From: Camelus dromedarius
Taxonomy: Eukaryota
NCBI RefSeq assembly: GCF_036321535.1
Contig: NC_087437.1
Location: 5,456,001-5,520,000, forward strand
Length of the DNA stretch: 64,000 bases
Direction: 5' to 3'
Under the pieces are notes generated by a model that had not been told where the DNA came from, made no database searches, and saw only the letters and a list, made by a program, of their open reading frames with translations. Shown piece by piece: positions 51,391 through 62,871 of this stretch (positions are counted from its first letter, which is position 1; each line of letters begins with the position of its first letter). The translations under genes and the position numbers were made by a program.

Positions 51391-51490
51391 CTTTTACTTA
51401 TTTTTATTTTAACAGAGGTACTGGGGATTGAACCCAGAACTTCCTGCATGCTAAGTATGAGCTCTACCACTGAGCTATACCCACCCCTCC
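51391..51490 (-). mobile_element. tRNA-Ala-derived SINE (vic-1-like)
   Basis: Reverse complement gggtatagctcagtggtagagctcatacttagcatgcaggaagttctgggttcaatccccagtacctc; actttta on both flanks. Confidence 0.9.
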
Positions 51491-52267
51491 AGCACTTTTA
51501 AATTAATGGAATATTCTTTTTTTTTTTTTTTTTGAGGAGGGGATTGCTATTTATTGGTACATACCTATTTCTTAAGTTAATTTAGGTATTCCATTATTCT
51601 TTAAAGGTATACTTATTTTTATACTTTTACATAACTTATGGGGGAGTTTTTTAAACACACACACAAACACAATATGGATTTCAATATGCTCCAGACTCTC
51701 TCTGGAACTTGGTTTTTTAAACATATTATTTCCAATATTGATTTGTTACTAATATTTTTGTTAAGGATAAGGCATATTAGTTAACCCCAAGGCAGAAAAC
51801 AGGAGAAATGACAGGCCATATTTTTCTAAAATCCAGGTAGTATCTCTTATTAAAATTTGCCAAGTGGGCCAAAGACACCGGTCTTCCCTGCAGGAGGCAA
51901 GTATGGGATCTTGGCCTCCAAAAAGTCCACTCTGCCCCTCCCAGCTGAGCCTGGTCCCTCGCTTTCGGCTGGACGATACAGTTGGCCTCAAAATCCAGCT
52001 TTTCTTCTGCACTCTTACCATTCATTTTGGTCACCAGTCTTGGCTTTCAGACTTCATTCAACCCACTTTTCAGCCTGTTCGTAAGTCGCCCTTACCTGTG
52101 GACAACTGGCAGTCCTGGGCAGAGGCTTGGCAGGGAAAGATTGATTAAGTCAACAAAAATCCCTTATGAAGGAATCAAAATGGACCTGACAGTGGTGTTC
52201 CCCAAATTCAGCTATCCCAAAGCCAGGGGTAGACTGAGGTGGTAACTGAGAGATCCCCATCTTGGAC

Positions 52268-52425
52268 AGTATCTCTCAAGGTCAATGTTGAGATCAGAAT
52301 CCCCTGAGGCTCTTATTAACAATGTGTATTACTGAGCCCACCCAGGCCTGCAGAATAAGCACATCTGAGAATGGGGTCCAGGAGTCTGAATCTCTGACGA
52401 GCATCTGATGATGGTTCTGATGTTC
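52268..52425 (+). mobile_element. MER5-like MITE remnant
   Basis: atcagaatcccctgagg...gagccccacccaggcc...tggggtccaggagtctg...ggttctgatg. Confidence 0.6.
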
Positions 52426-55124
52426 TTTGACTTCCCTGTGAAATTGGCATCACTGAAACGTGACATACTAAATCAGGGCTGATCTAATCATGGACAAAAA
52501 CCTTGGATGGTGAGTGTATAGGTTTTTCTTTTGTCAAAGACAGACCCACCACCAACCAGAATGATGAGCAGCAACCAAGCCATGTTCAGAAAAGGAAAAA
52601 AAAAAAAAAAAAAGCACAGAGTGAAACTTTTCTCATTTAGCATTAAATATCAAACTTTACTCACACTGTGAAGGGGATCTAGCTTTGGTAAAAACACAGA
52701 AAATGGCCTCTGTAATATAAATTACTGCTCCCTGCCCCCCCATTCTCACTGGTCTGGCCGGATTTATTCCAGGGGGTAGAAGTGGGTTGGTGATATTAAA
52801 AACGTCTGACAAGTGTGCAAGGGCACAGCTGCTCTGGCTTTACCAGGGCGCATCAGTTGGGTTGGCCCTGCCTTTCTTCTATAGTAAACAGTTCTACTCC
52901 AAATTGAGCCAGAATAGAGTGTGTCTCCAGTTATTTTATTTTGGGGAAACACAATAGATTAGAGCCTTAATGTACTTCTGTTGCATTTGTTTTTTGTAAA
53001 AAAAAAAGAACTGATTTAAGGATTAAAACCTCTAACTCTCTGAACTGTTTGAAATGTTACTTTTGCTTCAAATTTATAAAGAGCTTTCACACCCCAATAT
53101 CCCAGTCATTGCAAGAACTCGTTCTGTTAAAGACCGAGTGAACTGGTATCTGGGGATTTTATATGTGAGAAAAGGCATATTCCTGGCATCCAGCCTTAGT
53201 AAAGGTGCAAATAAGATACAAAACCTCTGTGTGCCTTGTGAAAACTAGAAACTGAACTGGAAAACTTTCAGACCAGTTAAAAACATAAAATATAGCCACC
53301 ACACAGCCTAACTGTACAGTGGTAGTTTCAGTTTCTGTATCAAAGCCAATTTTTTTGCATTTTGAGATTCACCCACAGCTATAGCCATATTGGACAGATG
53401 TTTTTAACTCCAAATGCAATGCAGAATTACCTATCATTTCTTTGCTATGCAGATTGAATATTTTGCATGAGCATTCAAAAACGAATGTTTATAGTTTGAA
53501 CTTCTGTTTATTGTTTCCTACTACCAAATGTACTGTCTACAGATGGAAAACTCAAGAGTCTTTGATGATGTGTGGTGAGGAATTGCTCAAAAAGATTCAG
53601 TTACGCACAGAGAGACATGGTACACATAATGTTGGGAAGGGCTAGATTACAGTTATCAAAGTATGTACAGGAGCAATCTTCATCTACAAGTGTTTTAGGG
53701 ATTCCAAATGATCCTACTCAACAGCTGGGCCCATTTGCAAAACTTGGTCAATGGAAAGCTTCTCTCCCCCTTGCGGTTTCCCACCCCCTCACTACTTCCT
53801 TGAGAGAGCAGACTGGCACGCTGCCTTATCGCTACTGCTCCTTATTACCGTCCAACTACAGCAGTGGAAGCGGGCAAGACGACCAGGCAACGCGGCAGTC
53901 CATCTCTATGAATTTACCTTTAAAGACAACCAAGAGACTTTGAGAAGTGGGTATGAGGCTTTATGACTAAAGGGGACTGCAGTGGAGTATTTATTTTGAA
54001 AGTCAATGACTTCCTTGCAGTTTAAGGGTGCTAATCAATACTGATGCTATTTTGAACAATTACAAAGATAACATTTTCTTATTAGGAAAAGGGGAAAAAA
54101 AGTATGCAGAATATACTTCCTACAGGGGTAACCAACCTTTTTGGAGTTGCATGATTTTACCGTCACTTGCAACTTTTTATCAAAAAGTGGTGTATTAAAT
54201 TTTTTCAATCCTAAAGACGACTTTTTATCGAGAATTTTGTGGTAACCCTCAACTGCACATATGCTTAAAATATCAAGTAGGTTTAAAGCAACCTTTTAAA
54301 GACATTTTGTCTAGTTTGGGGGCCTCGAAATGTTATACACTGTCCTTTAGCTTAGTCAGGGCTAACCAAATGATCTGGATAATGGTTAGTATGAATTTAT
54401 GTCTATATATACACAAATTTAAGGATTACTGATCTTCAGCAAATTATACTTTAAACATCAACATTTAAGCTCTGGTGATTCAGAAGGTACTCTTTTATCT
54501 TTCAGAACTGGTATCAAAACACATTTTCTGGTAATGAGTCAGTTACGGAATATGACACTGGCGTGTCCCAAGGGGAGACTTTTCTCTCCTATGGCCTCAG
54601 CTTATAGAACTGGGAGTACTGGAGCTAGAACTGGAAGAGGTGGTGAGTCATGATCTTCTGAATGCAACCCCACACGAAGTAAATGAAATATGTAAAATTT
54701 ACCTCTATAATCAGCAACTGCAATACCCTAAAATAAAAGCGTCACAGACCTATTAGGCCTGAAGTGTGCAAAGTGTTTATAGAGTCCCAATTGTTTATAG
54801 AGGGCCCTTGGGCATCAAACTGCAGTCATAATATGACTCTCTGGCATTCTTCCTAGGCACTGCTCTGTTAATAATGCACTGAACCCACTGTTAACCATTT
54901 TCAACGTAAGAGGGATTATTTTCTCATGAAAATCTCTCTCTTAATTTCATAAAACAATAAAAACACAATGTGACAAAAATTGCTTTTATAAATTAACTTT
55001 GCCAGATTCAGAAACTGAATATTTACACCTCTGAATGTCAAGGACCTGAAACCTTGTCAAATACTACCCACTCAAATTTCCACTGTTCATTTAGATACTA
55101 TGATATGAACAAGTAGGTCAAAAC

Positions 55125-57059
55125 ACTTTTGAAAAAAAGTTTCTTTATTTTTATTTATTCATTTATGCAAATACAGTATCAGCATAGGCAATATGAACAT
55201 ACTTTTAAGTTTAAAATTAATTTTCCATTTTGAAAGGTTCAAGATTTTGCCTCTTCTTTCTACATTACTCTTTTAAATACTTCAGTCCAACAAAACAGCA
55301 GACAAAAAAAAGTTTATTCCCTTACTTTTCTTAAGGTCATACTGGGATAATCAGAATTGGCTCTTTAGAATTTGGTATCATTTATAGTAACCTGGAGATT
55401 TAATCACAGAATAATACATGAAAGAATGTTACAGCACACACATACAAAGTAGAATTTTAAAAAGGACAAATTTAAGGGCCACTTTCAAATTCTGAGGCAT
55501 TAGAAAGCCCTCTTGGGGATTCTTAAGTTAAAAGACTCTTCCCTTCAGATTCAGAATGAATATTATTAGGAATTATAAGACAATGGGCACTGATGATATG
55601 GCCATGGAAGCTTCACTAGGATAGGGATAAATGGAGTCTCCATGTCTTAGTGAAGGAGTCTTTTCTTTTCAATGAAAGAAAACCCAGGAAGCCATGAAAC
55701 TCATGTCCATGGCAGGTCAAATGATGCTGATACAAGCGTTTCCCTTAGAAAGGTTTTATCTCACTGCTTCCTTTCCAAGGCTTAACCCTCCAACTGCTTA
55801 TACTGCTACTTCTCTTCTTTGCATCGCCTGTTCTAGGAGCAAACCTCCTGGAAGAATGGTGGTACAGACGGGAACAGAAAGACTGGTTCGGCAAAGGGGC
55901 TCTGGGGCTCTAGCTGTTCATCACGATACACAACATCTAAGAGGAGCCTAGCTAATCGCTAATCTAGAAATAGACTGTTAATGCTAACTCTAGTATAGTT
56001 TTGGGATATGCTTACTGAAAAACTTTTGTGGTTTAGAAACGCCAAAACTACTTTGACTCTCCTGGACATATTTCACTTTAAAAAAGGAAATATAATAGGC
56101 TAAAAAATAAAAATCTGTCCTTTAACATATAACAAATATTTTAATGTTTTTATAAAAACAATTCCTTTCAGATACTCTGATTAACCTTTAAGTGACATAA
56201 AAAAAGTTTGTCTTTAATACCAGTATTTTGCACAATTTAAGATACAGCCATTGAGTTTTTAGCATTTCAAGGGAAAAAAATGAAAAAGAAAAAAAGGAGA
56301 ATGGTAACTGACTGAGAAGCTTACGTACCTAGTAAAGTTTAGTTTGTTTTTGGCTTCTTTAAAAAAAGTTAGGCCCGGAATTTTAGTTATCCTAATTACC
56401 ATCCCAATCAGATAACTCTATGTGTGGATTCTAGATAAAATATAAAGTATTTTGAACTAATAAATGTAAGACCCACTGATTGGACTGTTTGTTTAGAATC
56501 TGTTTTACTGAGTTTAGATAAGGAAAACTTCAACAAAGCTAACTATATACTAAGTTCCACTGATTAAAAATGCAGTTTTAAACTCTGCTTTTGTGGTAAA
56601 TTTCTGGACAAATCCTAAGTGTAAAGCACAATACTGTAGATGTTGTACTGTCACAGCTATTTGTTGGAAAAGTGAAATGCCTGTATTCAAACTATCAAAA
56701 TTCTGACCTTTCGAAATAGGTTTTCTAAAACAATTTTTTTTGGAAAGTCAGCATCTGCTTTTAAACCCTTAAAATGTCAATTAAAAAGTCCTTACAGATA
56801 AATCTTAAAGCAATTCCTTCCAGTCTCGATTATTTTTTTACTTTTAACTATATATTCAACACAGAACCAGTTTCTAAATGAACATCTAATGAAAGTTTCA
56901 CTGTAAAATAAAACTAGGCAATCTAATAAAACTTGTAAAGAAAGTGAGTGTGACTTATCAAAATTCAGAATTAAATTTCTATAATAGTGGAAAAACTTTC
57001 AGTCTCTTAATATTCAAAACCTGCAACTTCCCATGAGATCAGAAAGTTAGCAGAGAGGA
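55125..57059 (-). other. DAZL: DAZL 3' UTR (about 1.9 kb; distal end approximate)
   Basis: U-rich, repeat-free sequence after the stop codon, ending near clustered AATAAA signals; exact cleavage site not determinable. Confidence 0.75.
55144..55159 (-). terminator. DAZL: Cluster of three AATAAA polyadenylation signals, probable DAZL distal poly(A) site
   Basis: Plus-strand tttatt at 55144, 55150 and 55154, followed on the minus strand by a U/GU-rich tract. Confidence 0.75.
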
Positions 57060-57113
57060 TCAAACAGACTTAAGCACTGCCCGACTTCTTCTAAAATGAT
57101 GAACTCTTTTGTC
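57060..57113 (-). CDS. DAZL: DAZL last coding exon, DKRVHHFRRSRAVLKSV*
   Basis: Acceptor tctttttctag|GAC, 17 codons plus TGA; matches the DAZL C-terminus. Confidence 0.97.
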   Translation of the reverse strand, partial: DKRVHHFRRSRAVLKSV

Positions 57114-58499
57114 CTAGAAAAGACAGAAATAGTCCTCTTTACTTCACTGAAAATTCCTATTATCACTAAGACCTAAGAGAGTTGCAAAATACTTAAAGCA
57201 CTTATTTTGGGTTTAAAAAACTGTAATGAGAGAAAAATGATCCTTTGGGGAAGCATTCTTGAACTTTGGGATAACAAATGTGTCAATGACTAATTTTATT
57301 CAACAATTTAGTTAAAAAAGAAATCTCAGTAACTCAGAAAAATTAGACTTAGATTCAATATACCCTTTTACATAAATTCTTAATTAATGATTTGGCAGAG
57401 ATGTCCCAAAGACAGCTGGTGAAAAACATGAAATTTTAAAAGTCCTATTTTCTACTAATCAAAGTACATCTGATAGAAATTATGGCTTGAGAACAGCACT
57501 ACACTTCAATCTGAAATCCTATGCTTTTAGGTTAAGAGATAAAAGTTTTGGCATATTTAAAGGCATATCCTTAACCTGTAATGAAGATATATCATTTTTT
57601 AGGAAATCAAACCTTAATTTTTACAAAAATAAAAAACATACACAAAATTTTCCTTCCACTTTATGTTGCCTGTAGATGTTCAGATAGAAGTGAGGCCTTA
57701 CAAACAAGAATGGAGCTGAGTAAACCAGTAATAACACAATAGTATTTTCTTCCCCACATGTTTAGCTGAACTGTGCCTCTTTCCTAGGGATTAAATTCAG
57801 CTGTCATTTAAGAAGGGTGACTTCCGGAAATTACGTAATCTATCAACAGGGCAATATCCTATTTAGGCAAAAGCCCAGAAAAGTGGTCACAAAATCAAGT
57901 ATCTTCAGAGGTAGGACATGAAAGCTTGTGAAGGAGTTGGAATTGAGTGGAATTTACCATGGAAACAGTGTTTACCCTGCCTCAGTACATTCAAATTCAA
58001 CTAATACAGTAACAACATTTAGTGAATCATAGTAGGTCTAGATGCTAGATAACTGCAGACCACCAATTTCTGACTCCTAGCCCAGAGGAGCAGAAAACTT
58101 TGAAAGATTCAAAGGGAGACTTCTAACACTAGGTGAAAACTCAAGTTTAAAGATGATTTTTTGCTTCACAAACAAATCTTTTAAATACTACCTATTTAAC
58201 CTTCAGAACTTTGGGCAAGGGAAGCTGTTATACAACCCCCAGTTCTTTCCTTTTAAATTGTACTGTCTATATAGGTAGGAAAACAGAGGAACAAATGTCA
58301 ACTTTAAATGAGTATGCTTACTTACTGAGAAGATGGTAAAGAACTTAATTCTGCTACAGCTCTAGTCTTCTGCACTAAAGGAAGTCCTTAGTATTCGTTT
58401 TAAAACTGCTTTCAGCTTTGTCCTATGTTTACTCATGGATGGAAAAGAGCTATTCTCCTTTCCTTGTTTTAAGATACAAAGCAATGGTTTAAAAATTCC

Positions 58500-59110
58500 C
58501 TTTGAATGTAAAATGGTACATTTTGGAAAAACTCTGGCAGGTCCTTGGAAGGTTAAACATAGTTACTATGTGACTCAGCAATTACATTCTTAGTTACATA
58601 CTCAAAAGAAATAAAAACGTGTCTACACAGTAATTTGTACATATAGTCATAGCATTACTAACTCATCAGAGCCCAAAAGTAGAAACAACCCAAATGTCTA
58701 TCAGATGAGTGATGAATGGATAAACACAAAGTGCTAGATTCATAAATGAAAAGAAATGAAGTACTGATACATGTTGTAACACTGATGAAACTTGAAAACA
58801 TTCTGCTAAGTGAAAGAAACTGTAACAAAAAGCCACATTTTGTATTATTCTATTTATATGAACTGTCCAGAATAGGCAAATCCTTAGAAAGTCAGTGAGT
58901 GCTTGCCCAAGGCTAGGGAAGTTGGCAGTGGAATAGAGAGTGACTGCTAATGGGTAGGGGGTTTATTTCTGGGGTGATTAAAATATTCTAAAATTGATTG
59001 TGGTTGTAGTTGAACAACTCTGAACATTCTAAAAAGTATTGAACTGCACACTTTAAAAGGGTGAATTTATTTTATTCTCAGATTATATACCAAAAAACCT
59101 ATTATTAAAG
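58500..59110 (+). mobile_element. Old L1M 3' fragment in the last DAZL intron (antisense to DAZL)
   Basis: tgaatgtaaaatggtaca...gactcagcaattacattcttag...tgctaagtgaaagaaac...tgactgctaatgggta. Confidence 0.85.
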
Positions 59111-59807
59111 AAAAAAGAAAAGAAAAAACTTGCCTTTACTAAGCACAATAGTATTCCCCCACTGGAGTGACCAGTTCCTTTCCGTATCATGGACTCATAA
59201 CTAAAGGGATCTTAGAGAATCCTCATTTTAGGCTTGTAAAAATTGAAGCCTTAATATGATTTAAGTGATTTGTCAAGGTGATACAACCAAGATTAGAAAC
59301 CAGAACTTTCTTAAATTCAAACACCCACATTCTTTTCCATTTTAGCAACTCTAAATCAACTTCCATTTCTTTTCACTCAGTTCTTTTTCTTTACCTCTTC
59401 TACCCCTACATTCTTCAGGTACATCATCTAAGTGATCAATTTCTTTTCTTCTCTTTAGTCCAATATCCTTGTACTCTTAAGTTCTGCTTTCTGTACCTAA
59501 AATTTTCTTTTTTTTATTTGATGAAGCCAATACTCTCTTTCAACTCTTCTGAGAACTCTCTCAATTACAGGCTTCTGCTAAAGTTTCTTTAAGGGCAAAC
59601 CACACTAAATCAAGATCAGAGCAGCTAGAATACACTGCCATGTAAAACTCACTCAAAGTGGTTTACTGGGTTATAGTCAAATGCCAAGATTCAATCATAC
59701 ACTCTATGTAATTTCAAAAATAAAAAATATATATATATACTACAGAAAAAAAGGTGTTTCTTGCTGACAAAGCGTGCTTTTTATCCTGCATACTATTCCT
59801 TTCATAC

Positions 59808-59906
59808 CTTGAAGTAGTCATCTTGAGTAACAAGGGAGTTTCTCAGTCTGTTCTCTGGATTAAATAGGCAAGATACCACCGTCTGTATGCTTCGGTCGAC
59901 AGATTT
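59808..59906 (-). CDS. DAZL: DAZL probable exon 10, KSVDRSIQTVVSCLFNPENRLRNSLVTQDDYFK
   Basis: 99-nt phase-0 exon, acceptor tttctgtgtttcag|, donor |gtatga; near-identical to the recalled human DAZL C-terminal region. Confidence 0.97.
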
Positions 59907-59988
59907 CTGAAACACAGAAATTTTCAGTAAAAACTATTCCGACTTTTACTCACTGTTAATAAGCTTTCTGAAAAAGTTTAATGATTTT

Positions 59989-60036
59989 ATATATATATAT
60001 ATGTATGTATATATACACACACACACATATATATAT
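59989..60036. repeat. Compound (TA)n/(CA)n microsatellite in a DAZL intron, about 80 nt from the exon 10 acceptor
   Basis: Directly visible. Confidence 0.9.
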
Positions 60037-61123
60037 TTGTAAAGAATTCTCATGTAATTTATCATTCTTACCACATGTCACTTAGTATGTAACTTTTCTA
60101 CCAAACTTAAGAATTATTTTAGGACCTTAGTGATAAGAGTACTGGTTAAAAACGCTCCATTAGTAAAATCCTAATAAGATATTTGCCTAAGGCTCTTTTA
60201 ATTTTTCCTGTTAGATAAGAAACGGTGAAGATCAACATTTCAAGAAATATTTTATTCAGGTTAAAATCTGATAATATAATTATACCCTAAGCTATTTTGA
60301 TTTTTTTTCAAATTTTAAGTTGTGCAACAAATCAAAGAACTTTTTCACCCCAGTTTAGTAGTTCTCATTTTTTCCCACTGAGAAACACAGGAAGTACACA
60401 TACTCCGATGGGAATCCTTCAATATTATGCATATTCCAACCACATCAATTACTTCCATATCCCCACCCATTCAAGAAAACACATGAGAATTCAAGAGTGA
60501 GAGCACTGTAATTACAGGGATCTGCTCTAATGATAAAAAAGAAACAACTCTGCTTATTACTAGTAACTATTACTAGTAATACTTATTATAAATAATTATT
60601 AATCCTTATAAAGTATACAAATATAATTTATAAATTATTATACACACTGATTAATTAGTAGTGACTCCACCACTCCTGAGAACTGCTACCATATATAATC
60701 TTATAGAGAGACTATTATAAATAATTGTGAATTACTATTTAGCTAAGTAAATGTTTAAATTGATAAAAGACAAGGTAGATATAATTCATACTAATTGCTC
60801 TTTTGAAGAGTAGGACTCTTGAGGAAACCTACCCATTGCATTCTGCAAATCATATTAATACAATACATATTAAAGTATGGTTATAAAAATACAAACAATG
60901 AAAAAGGAAGAGAGAAAAGGACTAGTGAATCAGCAACTACATATACACATTCAAAGTTTGGGGGTGCCTAAAATTTCATTAACTTTTACATAAATTGCAA
61001 AGTTAGCAGTGACTCAAGCCCTATAATTTGTTTAAATTTGAGCAAAGATGCTTGCTTCTCAAAGGGCCATTATTAAAATCTGAAAAATATGAAAACATAA
61101 ACAAACAAAAATTAGATGTTTGC

Positions 61124-61237
61124 CTTTTGTGGGCCATTTCCAGAGGATGGAGTAGCTTCATGAACTGAGCATTCACTTGACAAAACTTCAGCTCCTGGAT
61201 CAACATCATTACAGTGGTAGTTAACAGTTGTGTAAGC
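61124..61237 (-). CDS. DAZL: DAZL probable exon 9, AYTTVNYHCNDVDPGAEVLSSECSVHEATPSSGNGPQK
   Basis: 114-nt phase-0 exon, acceptor aaatgtag|; ends AAG|gcaaac (GC donor); peptide matches DAZL ...HEATPxSGNGPQK. Confidence 0.95.
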
Positions 61238-62053
61238 CTACATTTAAAATGATAAAAATGTAATTAAAGAGATGTATATTAGATACATTTCTGAACAATC
61301 TATTCTTCAAAATGGTGAGCTGATACTGAAAGTTTAAATGTGGGTTGTGCTAAAGGTTCAAATACATTATTTTAGAAACTTTATTTTAAACTGAATAATT
61401 GAAATGCAATAAAGGTAATCTTTTATTTTGATGTCAACATAATCAGAATTAGGAGAATTTCTCTAAGAAAAAAGGAACTCCAACATGTAGTAAGGAAATG
61501 GGAAGGGAATTTTCCAGTGCCTGAGAATTTTAACTCATAGCTTACAAATACCCAATCCTGATGAAAGGCAGAAGGTAACAAAAGCTCAGGTGTTTTAGAG
61601 GTAGCACCCTCTTTTGTTTTATTTCTTTTCTTATACAACACATAACAGTACTCACAGCAAAACATGTTTGTTTCTCTTCAAAAGATTTTTTTACGAGTAG
61701 AAAACTAGAGGTAGATTCAATACTAATTCTAAATCCCTGGAATTAGAATTAGCAAAGGTATTAATACTATTATTCTTAGTTACATAGTTTATCAACAAGT
61801 AATTGAGCAACTGTTGTATGCAGAGCAGCCATTGCTAAGTTCACAAAAAACCCTTGAGAAACAAAAAGTACAAGTTCTCCCATGGGAGTATATCCTTGGG
61901 TTGACAAGAAATAAAACCTAACACATAATGTAAACAGGCATTTAAAATATTTCTAGAATACCTGATATGGCAAAGGGTTAAGAAATGCATGAATTAAACA
62001 GTAAAATACTTTAAAGAATAGGAAGCACATGTCTGGCTAATTCACCACCTTAC

Positions 62054-62104
62054 CGGAGGTATAACATAACTCCTCTGTTCTCCAGCAGGCCACTGCGGTG
62101 GCAC
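62054..62104 (-). CDS. DAZL: DAZL probable exon 8, VPPQWPAGEQRSYVIPP
   Basis: 51-nt phase-0 exon, acceptor ttccttttcaag|, donor |gtaagg; matches DAZL PPQWPxGEQRSYVxPP. Confidence 0.96.
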
Positions 62105-62799
62105 CTTGAAAAGGAAATAACAATTATTTAAATATTCCTTCACATTTTCACAAAGATAAGAGATAGACAATGTTGAGGTATCTGTCATGCTGGCTCCTTG
62201 TATGTGTTATAATAACAAGAAACAAAATGAAAGAAAGAGGTATTTCATGTTTCTAATATCTGAGGATCTTACTTTTATTTTTGTACATAAACTCCATCTT
62301 TTTCTCAATTTTCTGGAGTTGACTTTCAGGAAAACTCAGATAGTAGGCCCTTGAGTTTATTACCATAGATATGGTCAAGGTCATATCTATGGGCAGAAAT
62401 TCACAGTCAGCTTAAATAAACACTATCAAACATAACTGGAATTCAATGCACTAAGAATTAATCATTTTATTTCAACCTTTCCCCCTAGAAAAACTTACAA
62501 AAGTAAGCCTGGATGTTCCAGCTATTAAGACAGTAAAGATGGAAGAATACATGTTAGAATACAGAGAGGACACCAAATCATGCAACAGAGTATAAGAGAA
62601 AACTTCTTGCTTATTTAGCTCATTCCTGTAAAAATGTTATTCCTTTATTCCTCAATAATAGAGAAGCCCCAATTCTAGACTAATTCTAAGTTTTTTTCTT
62701 AAATTTTAGGCACACTCTAAATGACAATTAGGGAAATTTATATAAATAAAGGCCTCAATAATATTCCAAAGTAAATCATTTTGATCCCTCTTAAATTAC

Positions 62800-62871
62800 C
62801 TGATAATTATAAACAGGCAGCTGATATCCGGTGATAACCTGAACTGGTGAACTTGGATAAGGAGGATAAGC
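62800..62871 (-). CDS. DAZL: DAZL exon encoding the single DAZ repeat (probable exon 7), AYPPYPSSPVQVITGYQLPVYNYQ
   Basis: 72-nt phase-0 exon between tattttcag| and |gtaatt; translation matches the 24-aa DAZ repeat. Upstream RRM exons lie beyond the window end. Confidence 0.97.

Noticed and set aside
53572..53966. 123-aa and 71-aa ORFs just beyond the DAZL 3' end
   Set aside because: Opposite strand to DAZL, no recognisable homology or splice structure; the 123-aa ORF starts at GTG.
55745..55860. Cryptic acceptor (ttcttccag|GAGG) in the DAZL 3' UTR as an alternative last exon
   Set aside because: In the DAZL phase-0 frame it gives only EVCS*; no supporting evidence, and the canonical last exon is intact.
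62800..62871. Y-linked DAZ or BOLL assignment
   Set aside because: A single DAZ repeat and the DAZL-specific C-terminus (KSVDRSIQTVVSCLFNPE...LKSV) fit autosomal DAZL.
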